The notes under the pieces: model-generated
Databases searched by the model: none
What the model was told of the DNA's origin: nothing
The model's input: only the letters and a program-made list of their open reading frames with translations
Program-made: the position numbers and the translations under genes
Assembly: GCA_900088475.1 (NCBI GenBank)
Contig: FLMG01002540.1
Span: 62,001-126,000, forward strand
Direction: 5' to 3'
DNA: 64,000 bases
DNA from: Hyphochytrium catenoides
Lineage: Eukaryota > Protista > Hyphochytriomycota
Shown here: piece by piece, positions 13,601 through 26,104 of the stretch
Position numbering within the stretch: the first letter of the stretch is position 1
Layout of the letters: each line of letters begins with the position of its first letter

Positions 13601-15991
13601 TTGCATGACAAGTTCAAAAGTTTGGTCCAGTATTGCGGGCGGTTTTTTCCAAATGCAGAGAAAGGAAGAGAGGCCTTGGCAAGCTGTCGTGTTATCTTCT
13701 TCGTCGCTTACCTCATCCTTTCCTTGTATCCGTAAGCACTCAATAAATTCGTTGTGCAAAAAGTATTCTCTGTCTAAACTGCTATAAAACCACTCAAACA
13801 TTGCCCAGAGCTTCAGGCCCGATGTTAAGCCATTAACTAGTTCTGACACCTTAGCGGCGTAAATCTCAGGTGAAGAAGATAGAGATGGGATGGTACGCAT
13901 CTTCTGGGCGGTGGACTGTTTTGACATAACCAGAAAAGGGTTGGAAGTGAGATCTCACGAGAAGGTGAAGAACGACAAAGGAGTCTGTTTGGTCGTGGAG
14001 CGACCAGTGTTGCTGGACTGCCAGAGTCCAAAAGGGAACTGAAATTGAGCAAGACAAACAACGTATTGAGAGCTGAAGCCAGGAACCTGGAAAGCCCCGG
14101 GAACTCCGTCAACAATCTTCTTTCTCCTGTCTTTCCGCGCACCCCCAAGACCTGAGCCTCCTGCATATACTGACGCCCTCAGCTCTCCATCAGCTTGGAG
14201 CTCCATTATGGTCTCTCTACAGGAGGAAGGGGATGCAGGTTCAATTTATGCCCCTGCAACTATTCAAGAGATAGCCAACGCATGCTGTTGCACCTCAAAC
14301 ATCACTTTCTCTCCATTCCGATTCCTACTTTCTCTCTCTCTTGTCTTCTCCGTTCTCTTCTTTCTTTCCCATTGCACACAGCCCTCTGTGTCCTATACAG
14401 ACCGCCTAACTGCCGTTTGTGCTTGGTGGTTCTTTCTGTAACACCCCTGCCGAACCTTAATTCTTTCTGTCTTGCTTTTGAAGAAGGCGTTCTTCTTGGG
14501 GTTGTCTTGGGCTTCTTCGCGGACGCAACCGGAGAACCTTCATTGAAGAGTCTTCGTTTTCCTCTCTTCCCACTCACATTCTAATCACGAGACAGGGTAG
14601 TACAAGAGCTAATGAGGGTTTACTCGATCCGGTGCCCTTTTCATAATCTAAGTTATGCTTGTACACACTCAAGTGTCCCCTCTCGCTCCAATGAACCCCA
14701 AGATTCTCCCTTCATACGACCAAGCGCGTGTTGAAGTTACCTGTTCACTTCTGCTTGGCACTTTGGTGCTTCCTGGACTCGTCTTGCTGGATGGAGTCTG
14801 GTTTGCCCAAACAGAGCACAAGTCATACACAAAAGGGCAAGAGTGGAGGAAGGAAATACGAGCAAGCCCTCAGTCGGACACATGCATTCGGTCTTGTTAA
14901 TAGAAGGCCAAAGCCAAAAACGTAGGTTGATGAGAGAATAATGGTGAAAGAATGACAGGTCAGGGGAAGAATTTTTGGTTACAGAGATCTCTTGGTGTCT
15001 GCTGGAGGCGGAATGAACGGGCTGCTGAGGACTATCACTGGCGAGTTCGCTGTCACTGGTGGACTCAGAATCACTACTAGCGTCACCTGGAGCAAAGGGT
15101 TAATCTAAGTCCCATTCCTTGGTTTAGAGCTGGCGAAGACAAAATGCTAAATTGTAAGGATAGTAAATAGGAAAAAGAATAGTAGGAAGATAACCTAGGC
15201 GGAGAAGAAGAGTGAAGGAGCACCTTCAGCCAAGACTAAGAAAGTAAGAATGCCCTCACGCTAGAAGTTCAACGGATCGTTTGAGTCGCATCATCACTCA
15301 GAGGGATAGAAAAGGGAGAAACACTCACTCTTCTTGTAGAAACGCTGCACGACATCTATTAGCTCCTCAGGAGTTCCCCCGTTTGTCTTCCCTTTCTGAA
15401 GTTTGAAGTAATATTTAACAAGTTCCACCTGCAGCAAGGTGATGCAAGCGGAGAGACAGTGGGAGAAGGAAGGAGGATGACGAGAGGCCGAGGAGACAGT
15501 CAGCAGATATGGAAAGGGGTCAAGGAAACAAAGAGAGGATCAGCGAGTAGCTGGTCGTGTGCTGGTACAAAGGCGATGGAAGAGCAGCAAACCTTGGAAA
15601 GTGCTCGACATTCTGAAGCTTTTCGAGAGGGAATAGCTAAGGCCACTGCATCCCAGTCTCTCCCATACTTGTTAAATGCTAGGGGCGGATAGTGAGTGTA
15701 AGAACCGTTACAAGTCACCGCAGAGTCAAGGAGAAACGATGAGAATAGAGCTGCAGACGGGAAACTGTGGACCAATACAGCGCACAAACAAGAGAGGGGT
15801 AGTATCAACGCAAACGACAGAACAGCAAGCGAAGTATCAGCCAGGAAAGAATGATAGATAGACACTGCGCGAGCGACAGGGTCACCGGAAAGACTATGAT
15901 TTCTTGCCGTACCGTGAAAGAAGAGCTTCACCTCTAAGTCCGTCCACCTAGGACCCAAGGACTCATACTTTCCAGGACTATGTCTCGACAT
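10666..15991 (-). CDS. LIN9: LIN9/ALWAYS EARLY (DREAM/MuvB subunit): SANT/Myb + DIRP + Tudor-like + C-terminal coiled coil
   Basis: SANT 'LGPRWTDLEVKLFFH|AFNKYGRDWDAVALAIPSRKASEC'. DIRP 'WAMFEWFYSSLDREYFLHNEFIECL...LSRPEWAILRAAMGRPRRLSRAFLGAERRRL'. Tudor-like 'LAVGQRVT|AYHPKAKQLHVGKILTAD...YRVQFDIPQLGVELLPD'. Coiled coil 'ILDRKEAILSELKEMNQEA'. Confidence 0.92.
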
Positions 15992-17073
15992 CTTGTCAGA
16001 AGACTGGTCCGAACAATAGCTCAGAGAACAAGGCGCTCACAAACCCGAGGATGACCAACCACGACGACAATTAAAGCACCTGCGGCTCCAGCAGGTGTCG
16101 GCGGAACCTATCCAACAGCCAAACGCGCAAAGTAACAAAGCTTCAAGAGGAAAAGAAGCAGGCAAGGGCAGGTGGCATGCAAGACGGAGGAAAGTAAGCG
16201 GAGGACGGAGGAAAGCCGTCGAAGCAACGATTCAAGGACAAAGACTTCCGCTCTGTCGCGCCGCAACCCCTACAAAGACAAACACTATGACGGTACAAGG
16301 CCAACTCATAGTTCCTATGGGACGGACATCTCGTGAGTTATCGCTTATCTAGTGCGTCCTCTGTCTGCCCGTTCCTCTTGCCTTAGTTCGATAAATACGT
16401 CTTTCCCCTTCACACTCGCTGCGGCTAACCACCTCTCTGTCTTCCTCTCAGCGGCTCCTATTATTGTTACTTGTGACCAGGAAATTTGATGAGAAACCAA
16501 ACTCATAATTCGAAGTTGGTTGGTCCCCTCTCGAAAAGAGGGAAGCGACTTTCACATCCCTCGTTCCGATTGAAAATTCATGATATAAAATTGAGAGGAT
16601 ATGGAACCCTCATTAATCCTATAACAAATAGCCACGACAGACTGTTAGGTTAAATCTTCCAACTCTTGCACGACACAGTAATCATATGATAGTTATCTCT
16701 GGGAGGCTTCTAGCTTCTGATGATTGATTATGAAATGATGAGTGCAAGACAGAGAGGACGAGCACAACGTAGAACTTGGAAGTGTGAACAAGGTGAGATT
16801 TTCACCTGTGATGATGAGAAGCGAAAGTGGAGCAGCTTGCTTGCCTGCTTCCTAGAAAGTACAAAGCAAGTGGAGCACGAAGGAGTATTGCCACAGAACT
16901 GAAGCTCCAGCAGGCAAGCTCCTCTTCAGGCTTTGCTGATGAGAACCTTCTCCTCCAGTAGAAGGCGTAGCTCGTCAGCTTATCAGGGACTTTCCCGTGA
17001 GCCAAGGGAAGGTTCAGTTTCTGCTACCTGTCAAAGCTCAGCCACTTTCTGGCGAGCATTCACCTAAGTGACC

Positions 17074-19697
17074 ATGGCATCTAAAATACCTCGTGTAGCG
17101 CCGCGACTTCTCGTAAGAGCTTTGAAGCGAGGAGCTCCCTGCCTCACTAAGGCAACTCCATTCCACAATCAATTCACTGTAACGTCTTCTGCAAGCTTAA
17201 TAATAGCTCACTCTCCATATGGAATGGCAGTCATTTGCAGAAGGACGTTCTCTGCGGTTTCTGAAACTTACTCTCTTACGGATCGAGAAGAAGAGTTGAA
17301 GCAGAATGTCGCGAGGCTCAACAAAGCAAGCACCGCGACCGAGTGGGAAGAAGTAGCTGTGTCTATATCAAGAGTAATTTTAGAGCTGGATGCCTACGAT
17401 GAGGAGTCCAAGCGCAGATATATCGCTGTGGTAATACACCAAGACCCAGGTTATTCTTCAGGCACTCACGAACCCTTTGGCCCTAAGCTCGGGTGGCGAA
17501 GCCCTCTTGCAATTTTATTCTTTGTTCTTGATCGACGTGATGCAACTGTTCCATGACTCTTGTTACGTTCTTCGCCCTCTGCGCATGCAGTCCTCCTCTA
17601 ACTAAAGTGAACCTCACCTTCCTTACCCCTGGTAGCCCGTTAATGCCCTCTCTTGCTCCAATGGCTCTCCTTTTAGTTCCAACAATCAGGTGGTGTGAAA
17701 CGACTGATTCAAAAGGTACACGAAGGTAGAGCAGGGGTCGGGACGTGGTTCTTGCTAGCTCAGTGTGCCTCTGTGGAAAAACCTGCCCTCGCAATAATTG
17801 CCAGCGGTGCTTTGATGTATGCCCGTGCCACGCTGCTCAGAAATGGAGGAGAAAAAGAAATCGCGCTTTACTCCTTACTCTTAACAAACACCTCCAAGCA
17901 TCCCTCCAGTTTGCCGGAGGTGGGGTTGTGTTCTCGGTCTCTCTGTTCGCTATTTTATCTTATCTTTATTCGTCTCCCTTCCACATAAGCTCATTTCTGT
18001 CCTCTTCCTCCCCCTAACAACACATACTCCCCTATTTCATCCCAATAGTCTTCTATTGTATGGCTTCTTCAAAGATGATCTGCCCGCTGTCTGCTAGCAC
18101 TGCTTACTCGCCATGGCACTCGTATGCCCTTAGACTTCTAGCATTTGTGCTTTCATGGACTAAGGTTATCATTCTTACCCCACTGTAGATCACGAAGCGC
18201 TCACGATGGGCGAACGACATCCTCGAAGGCCTTGAAAGCACGTCCACCTCCGAAGTCGCCGCGACAGCCCTTGCCATAGGTATGTCCTCAATGGCAGTTT
18301 ATTCCTGCATTTGACGGTGGCATCTATTCCCGTTTAGCTCTCTTCCTAGCCATAAGGCATGGAGGTCGAGTCGCCAAACTCACCGACTTCTCTGGCGTCC
18401 TTTGACAGGCAACTTCGTCTCTAACGTGGCTATTTGGGAGGACATAAACTGGAAGTTTCGTCGTGACCTTTTACAAAGACTCCTCTCTGCGCTGCGAGAT
18501 GGACCTAGAGGAGGTTGGCATATTCGAAATGTTTATAAAACCAAGCGCTAAACGAGCACTGTGTCTAATCGTAACTCTGTGGGCTTTTCCTTATGGTCGG
18601 TGCGCTATGGCATCTACGGTGGGTCTATCAACGCGGTGACCCAAGAATCGGTAAAACTAGCTGTAATCGGTGCCATAGGCAATCTCTGTGCGGATCACCA
18701 GGAAGCCCAGCGCTTTCTTGTAGAGGTAAGAGGTGTCTTTTCGTTCTTGGAACATGCGTTATATGCATGTTGTGAACATGTATTCGTGAGCTCCACCATT
18801 GCTTTCAGCGTTTCGTGTGCTAGACAACTGTTCCTTGTCCACTACACGGAATTGAGTGGAGGAAGAGATGGTTGAACCAGACTTTACCTTTCCTATAGTT
18901 ATTCTATGTTATGATTCTTAGTCGGTCTGGGCACTGTCTCATTTGACTCATGTAACAGCAAGAGGGGATGGGCGATCTGGTCGTGCTGCTGTCATATGCA
19001 ACTTCAAGCCGTGAAGTGAGTATGCTCTCGTGTATGATGAAGACATGTCCTGACGCAATTTTCTAGTAGTGTTTCACGTGTATCCTAAATCATTCCCTAC
19101 CCCCTATCGCAGGTATCCTAAATCATTCCCTACCCCTTATCGCAGGTATCACAGGCAGCGTGTTGGGCTGCTTTTCAGATTATGGGATGCAAAGAAGCTC
19201 AGGATGAATTTCTTGACCTGGGAGGCGTCGACATTTTATGTCATAAGCTTGTGCAAGCCGAGACCGAGGTAATGCAGACAAGTTTGGAAGAAGGGATTGT
19301 ACATGGTTCACTCTCTTTCTTCTCCTGAGCTCCTATCTCGGTTCAAAATGTTCGATCGCTCTGCTCTCTGGGCCAATCGAGTCGTAAAGGGATGCTTTTC
19401 TCATCACGGCATCATTTTGAATCTCTTCCTCGGTTTTCTTTGCCGTACCAGCGTCTGCATTTAGCTGACAAAGAACAATTTGATCGATCTTCTTCGGCAC
19501 TGTTGTAGCCGAATCTAGTATGTGTGGTAACAGCGCTAAGGGCTGCCTGCCGGGACAATACCAAGGTGAAAGAGAAAGTCTCCCGGACAGACGTGATAGA
19601 AAGGCTGAAGCAGATCTGCTATGATGACGAGATGTCGGCCGCGCAGCGATTCGCAGCTATTCTTCTGGATGAACTGCAAGAGCAATCGGTAATGTGA
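17074..19697 (+). CDS. Armadillo-repeat protein with a mitochondrial-presequence-like N-terminus, multi-exon
   Basis: ARM-like exons 'VKLAVIGAIGNLCADHQEAQRFLVE|QEGMGDLVVLL', 'VSQAACWAAFQIMGCKEAQDEFLDLGGVDILCHKL' and 'ALRAACRDNTKVKEKV...AQRFAAILLDEL', with TGA at 19695-19697. The N-terminus is Arg-rich and lacks acidic residues. Confidence 0.65.
19080..19150 (+). repeat. 33-bp tandem duplication of an intron 3' end
   Basis: gtatcctaaatcattccctacccc(c/t)tatcgcag x2, followed by gtatc. Confidence 0.95.
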
Positions 19698-20181
19698 TGC
19701 AAAAGGCTCTTCAAAGTCGGGTCCCTTGAACAGTGGCAAAAAAGACTTCGACTCGGGTGCTTGCTTGTTCTTTTTGCTGAGTCTCTGCCTAGTAGTCCCT
19801 AGTACTATCGGAATCAGAAGGGTCACCTCATCTCGATATGCAGGCATACACAGCCCTTGGTCAGTCGAATCCCGATGTAGACAGTCTCACCTCGGGAGTG
19901 ATTGAGGAGTTGAAGCTTCGAGCGGGTGGTAGGACAAAGAGGAATGAAGGCCATTCAGCCTCAAGATCGACGCCAAATAATGGGTAGTATCCCCCACGTG
20001 AGTGAAGACTAAGAGCCAGAGATAGTATAGCTTAGATCATGGTTAATTATCCTGCAAGAAGCTGTATGGATTATGGGGTTCTAATAAGGGATAAGCGGTA
20101 AATGATCAGGCTACGTGATGTCAAGATGACTTAAATTATGCTAGTAGGATAGCGCTTCCGATGGACGGAGAGATGTTTACT

Positions 20182-21631
20182 TTACACGCCATAAGGCTCC
20201 CAATGCTTCCTAAGTTTAATGGCCTCCTTCTCAGCCTTTTCGGTATTTATAGCTTCGATGGCGTTCATCTCTAACTTTAACGCTTTCATAAGAGGTACAT
20301 CTGGGCCCTGCAGGAAGAAGACTGAGCTACTCTTCGAGGCGCTGAGAAACGCAGTAGCAGATAAAGATTTCGAGGACAGCCAGAGGCACAGAAAAAGGTT
20401 GAAGATGACAAGCGAGAACGGACTGATCTGTATGACACTTGGTAGAAAATCTTACCTCCACCTCCGCTAACGCTTTCATCTGTGCCTTGATGGCTTTCAA
20501 GACCAGTCCTTTGAGCTCACTTGCCGGCCGTCGATAGTAGTTGTTAAAGCAGGGCTTATTCTCGTGGGGCCGTCGATCCCAGACCTGGCCAATATTATCA
20601 CCCTAAAGAGAGAGGGAAGGTTTGTGATTTGAGACATGAGCTGCTCAGCTCTATCTTCCCTCGGCACCTCAGTCAAAACCCGCGCCTGGGAAGAACTAAG
20701 CCGAGTTCCACCCAGAAAAATGCTAAGCTTGCGCGGCTTGAAGTTTCATGGTTTACCTTAACATAGATAAAGGCACCCGGGAAGCCATCAAGCGGCATGG
20801 CATTCGGAGGCACTTCCAGAGACTCCTTTGGAGGCCATTCTATGGCGTAGTTCCACCTATAATACGAATATACGAGTAGTAGACTAAGGCTTCTGAATTG
20901 TCAACAGGTCGGCATGTTGCCTTCAAAATATCCCGCGGCCCCTCGTTCCCTCACTTCCTCTCGGAACCACTTGCCAGTTCCTCTTCCTTTTGGGGCAACA
21001 GCATTGCCTTCCGTAAATCTTCATACGTCTCCTACCTAACGAGTAATGACTGCACTAGCTGGCCTTTTCTGGTGCTGTAAAGATTCTCTGTCCGACTCCT
21101 TTGCTGCAGAAGCGGTGAGAGTTTCCGAGGTGAAGTACCACCTTAGTCCACGGTATGCGTCAAGGGTAGCTTACCTCCGTTATTGACGCCTTTTTGGGCT
21201 TCTCTTTCTCCTTCTTTTCTTTGCCTGATTTCTTCTCTTTGTCCTTGACTTCTTTTGAAGACTTCTCCTTCTTCACCTTGACTTCTTTCACCACTTTGGT
21301 TTCTACGACCTTCTCCTCGCCCTCCCTTTTAATCCTTGTGAACTTCGTCTCGGTTGTTTTATGTAGCTTGGCTAGCGGAATGTCATCGTCGTCCATGTCA
21401 GCAGCCTCGCGCTTGACTCCGTTTGAGGTTGGAGTGCCATTGATGCCCCCCAGGGCCGCAAGTGGAAGATCATCATCACTGGGCAAGTCATTGAAATCGC
21501 TGGAAGGTTGGTGGTAGTGAGTGCAACAAGAACGTTATATTGTGAGGGTCGAATCCCGACTTGATAAACGACAGAGCCTACCCGTTAGACGCTGCGGGTT
21601 CCTCCTTCACAAGAACCGAAGCGATGTTCAT
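20182..21631 (-). CDS. Conserved hypothetical protein (Lys/Glu-rich N-half with DDDxPL motifs; C-terminal 'LVQSLLVRWNYAIEWP...LDGFPG' domain)
   Basis: In-phase exons join to 'MNIASVLVKEEP...SDDDLPLAAL...DDDDIPLAKL...LYSTRKGQLVQSLLVR|WNYAIEWPP...LDGFPGAFIYVK|GDNIGQVWDRRPHENKPCFNNY...EAINTEKAEKEA...*'. Confidence 0.7.
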
Positions 21632-22810
21632 GACTCCTTTATTGCACAGTCAATGTGCTAAAAGTCTGCAAGTCCCTTTATGGTGGTGCTCTTCAAGTCA
21701 GTCTCTGCCTTGAGGAGCGCTGCGTCCTTCTCATGTCATTCTCCGACTTCCTGCGGGATCACTGACAAGGGGATTCCCACGGAGACACAGCAATAAAAAG
21801 GTAAGGTGTCGCTGCGGGTTAGCAGTTAGCACAGCACTGTCTTGACCTCTACCCATCGGAGTCTGCTGACCTTGTTCGACCAGGAGATGAAGCTCTGATC
21901 TGGCGATCCTCAGCAGCACCAGAGAGCAACCACCACAGAGGCGCCGCTTGCGTCAAAGTAAATTCACAAACAAAGTGACAAATATTTGCTGCGAATAGTC
22001 CAAAAACAACAAGCTAGGAGTTAGCTTGGTAAAAACTCCGCTTCGTTCGAAGGCTTTGTCACTCAACAAGTAAAAAGGTTCCATTTTCACAGCTTATTTT
22101 CATGGGGTGTGAATTAGCATGTCAGTTTAGGGCTAGGTCGTCAATTGCGCTGATTGTGAGTTAACGTCAGAATTATAGGACGTACTATCCGAAATATAGT
22201 GCGGATACCTTTAGATATTCCGTATTTGACTTTAGACTCACTGACACGGACAAGTTCCTCATGTTTCCCAGAAACTTTTTTGTGCGAAGACGAACAGTGG
22301 TTTCCCATCTCTTCCTCGACTTTCCATAAGAACTACATTGAGTTACGGTCCCTGTCGGCACTCTGTCTTCCAGGTAGCCCATGGTACAGTTCTCTTTTCT
22401 ATGATTCTGTCTCTCTCAAGCTCTTACCTCAGTACAGAATCTCCGTAACCTTTTTGTCAATGTTAGTGAGAGCAGGACCAGTTGTCCATTGTGCGCCTCA
22501 TTGTCCTTCTAACCCTTACCGTCCAGGCCTTCTTGCTAAGCTGCCAGTACATTCCGATCGCCATATCCCAGCAAGAATTGGGCCTTATTCAGCTTAACGT
22601 AAGCTGTTCTGAGGACTAACCTTCCACATCAACTACCAAGTTGACCATTTAGGTCAGAATGAGACCTCTCTGCAACTGCTTGGCCCTGACTATATAGTCC
22701 ACTCGAAATCGGCGCTGTGCGGCGTGAGCGACTCTAAGGGATCCACTACTGCCCGCGTCATCTAAACTGGAGAAGTGATTTTCCTCACGGCTCGGGCACT
22801 AGCACACGCA

Positions 22811-25520
22811 ATGGTGGAATGCGGGCCAGATGAAGCGGGATGGGTCCTAATCTCGCCGGCTCAGGTTGAGGAAGACCTTAAAAGGTACTTGGACAGAGAC
22901 GCATATCAGGAGCTACCTGCAGAAGAAGCGCTTCAGTCCCTGTTCGATTTGCTTCAAGGTATTACGACTCTGTCGTTCATCAGGCCAATAGTGTTATACA
23001 CATTGTATACTGTTTCCTAGATAAGGAGCAGAAAGAGTCAAGCACAGAGAACAAAGAGCTCCTTCAGATTGCCCGAAAGGCTCTTTCGGCGGTTCGTTGC
23101 CTTCGCCATGAAAGGAGAAATGCTCAGCAGCTGGGCTCTTTGGCCAAGGTAAGAACCTTTGGTCGCTATCGCGAAGATCGATGTTTATGGGGCGGGCGCG
23201 AGTTGTCTGTTATGAGGCGTATGGATGTGGGGTCTATTGTAAAAGATTACCTTCGTCATTCCACCACTCTCCAGTGACCTGGCGCCGGTCCTCATCAGTC
23301 GCTTAACAACCTGACAGCCCGCACCGTACATTTTCTTGATATGAGGTAGAGGCTCTTAGGTTCCATATCCACGGAAGCAAGCTCTTCTTGTTGGTCATAG
23401 ATCTTGCGTCACAGAGGATCTTAACTCTGTCTCTATGGACCGAACAGTTGATAGACGAGAGCAGGTCTTTCTCGAATATCTTAGATACGCTAAACTTCAT
23501 CTGGGCGAAGTACATAAAACAATTTATGTCAGAAGGAGGAAGCGCAGAGAGGCGTGATTTTTTGTTTCATGCAAGACACAGACTTGTCTAACGAGCCGAT
23601 TCCTTACCCATTACTGCTCTTAGGTGCTACGACTGCATGCTATAAAGTCCTTCATTCATGGCGTTGATGAGTGCATGGCACAGATGAAGAATGAGGTAAG
23701 GGTGATGGTTAGAGGAAAAGAGGGAGGAAAGCAACTCATAGTAAGTCCTCGGTCCCGCAGGAGGAATATGTGAGCCTTTCATCTGAGCGTGAGGAGGAAC
23801 TCCGGGTAGAAATGAACAAGCTATATGCAGAGCTCAGACGAAGAGAGTCAGAGTGGATGGTAAGCGGTCTTTCTCTTATCTCATTCTTTTCCCATTTTAT
23901 CTCGTTCTTGGTCGTCCCTTACACGCTGGAGACTGCGTTTCCCATCGTAAACACCACTACAAGGGGATAAGTTCCCTCCAATTCATGCCTCACCCGCCTA
24001 TGCTTCCCTTTGGTGGCAGTGGGAGACCCCAGAGGATCGCTCAGAGCTCAAGAGTGTCTTGGACCTCATACGCGATGGTGTGCTACAGTCACTGACTGTT
24101 AGTGATTACTTCATGGCACTCTCCCTCGGCGCTTCTCAGCTGCTGGAGCTTCAGAAGCAGACCATTCGTCCTAGGGATGCCATAGCGCTGAACGTACCCG
24201 TGTGGTGGGTAAAGGAAGCGCATGACGGCAAGGCTCGTCCTACCCCTTCGCCACCTCAGTCGCTGTCCTCTTTGGGCAACATTAGGGAGGTTAGTGATGC
24301 GGAGGCCTACCAGGACGCTAAGGTTAGTATTTAATTAGGTAGTTGAGAAGAATCGCATCATTTAAACAGCAGAATAGATGAAGTAGAACTTCTGAGGCCA
24401 GTAGATGAGGAGGAAATGCGCATGAGTAGGAAGTACGGGGACACTAAGCGAGCAGAGGTGACTGAGAATTTGACCAGACGGTAATGGGACTCTCAGCGCT
24501 GGCTATTCTGTGGCTTAGTTTATCTGGTTGCCAGGATATATCAAGAGACAAGATTGAGATCAATGGGAAGCTCTTTCTTGGCACCAACGGTTACGACATT
24601 GTCCTCAACAAGGTGGAGAACGAATTGATTAAGGTGAAGTAGATGACCTCAAATTTCCCTAATACTAATGACTCACTATCACTGAATCACTGATTCACAA
24701 GGCATCTGGCATCCTGGGTCACGGTAGCACTATGAGTGCCGAGGAATCGCGCTGTGTCAGGGCATTAGCAAAGAAGCTTCTTCAACTTTCTAACCGAACA
24801 CATTCCGGTGGAACGGCTTACGAAGTGCTCGGTGCGTGACTTTCCTGCTCTCCATGAAGTTGATTGGCTCGAAGAGTCGTCTTACCTTCACTCTTAACAG
24901 AGGGCTTACTGAAACATCCCCGTACCTACCTCCGACCAAATTCCATGAAAGCTGGTCCGCTTAAACTGACTATTACAGGGGGTCCCTATGTTGCTGGAAA
25001 AGGTAGGAGCTCAAATCATCTCACTTCCAAATGGGCCGTCTCTCCGAAATGGCTGCACTGCTTTGGCTTCCTCTAGATCAAGTTCGAGGATTTCGACTCT
25101 TATCCTCTCCTTGTCCTTGTCTCTATTACATCCATTGGTTATTCTAATCCTCTAAGTCGGTGCTACACCCCTAAGCACTTCACCAGTTCCCGTCGTCTCA
25201 CTACGTTCTGCCTTCTATTTGTGGGCTTGGTGTGACCAGAGGAGAAGAAAGAAGCTGGCAGTGACTCGAAACTCCAATGGGTTTGGGGCATCCGCGCTAT
25301 TGTTGAGGCTACCACTTGGTATACGCTGACTGAGATCAGCGCCTCACCAGATTCACTAGGTGGAGATGTAGGACAGCCATGGGCAGATATTGAGGCCACA
25401 TTCAGAGCCAGGTTGAGCATATCGCTCTCTTCTTTCCCTTCCTCGCTTAGTGGAATGGACAAAGCTGCACGTACAGACGAAGGCACTGTGCTGATCAACG
25501 TTACTCCTCTGCAAGTTTGA
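22811..25520 (+). CDS. Hypothetical multi-exon protein
   Basis: GT-AG-bounded exons include 'MVECGPDEAGWVLI', 'DISRDKIEINGKLF', 'LLQLSNRTHSGGTAYEVL' and 'PNSMKAGPLKLTI'. A final exon 'WVWGIRAIVEATTWY...GTVLINVTPLQV*' ends with TGA at 25518-25520 and is absent from the ORF track. Confidence 0.6.
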
Positions 25521-26104
25521 GCACAACATCGATTGCAGTGTTCAATGCTCTGTATTCGGTGCGGTCATTCATCAAGCGTCATTCAATTTAGTGTAGAGTA
25601 GGACGGTAGATCGGACCCTTGTCTTTTGTCGAAAGTTTCCCATTTTCTGTCTGCTCTCCTGCCCGTCTCTGCTTTTTACATCCCTCAAACTGAGTCTTAT
25701 ATGCTGATATCTCCTCCACTTTATTTTTGTCTCCAATTTGTGCTCTACTCAAGTCTACCTTGTCCTCAATGCTGTTCAGTAACAAGACCATCATACTGGA
25801 GTATGTACATAATAGTAGTGACACCGTTGAGCAGAGCTAGGACAAATTTCGCTCGTTGGTGCGGAAGTGGCTTTTAAGATTCTCCCTCACATACTCTGAC
25901 ATGAAGGCCTGTGTATGTGCGCACCGCGAGCAATGGATTCTCTAGCTCTCTCTGATCTACTTGCTCCGCTAAGAGATCGTGCTAAAAAATATTGAGAGAA
26001 GCGATAAGTCTTTTTTTGCAGTATCTCATAAATAGTGACCCCAAGGTCTACCGCTAATCCTCATAAGGAGCATAACTGAGAAGCTTATCCATGTCGTCTC
26101 ACGT

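Noticed and set aside
21160-21486. DNA topoisomerase I
   Set aside because: Only the low-complexity N-terminal motifs are similar. The downstream exons lack any Top1 core and the gene is far too short.
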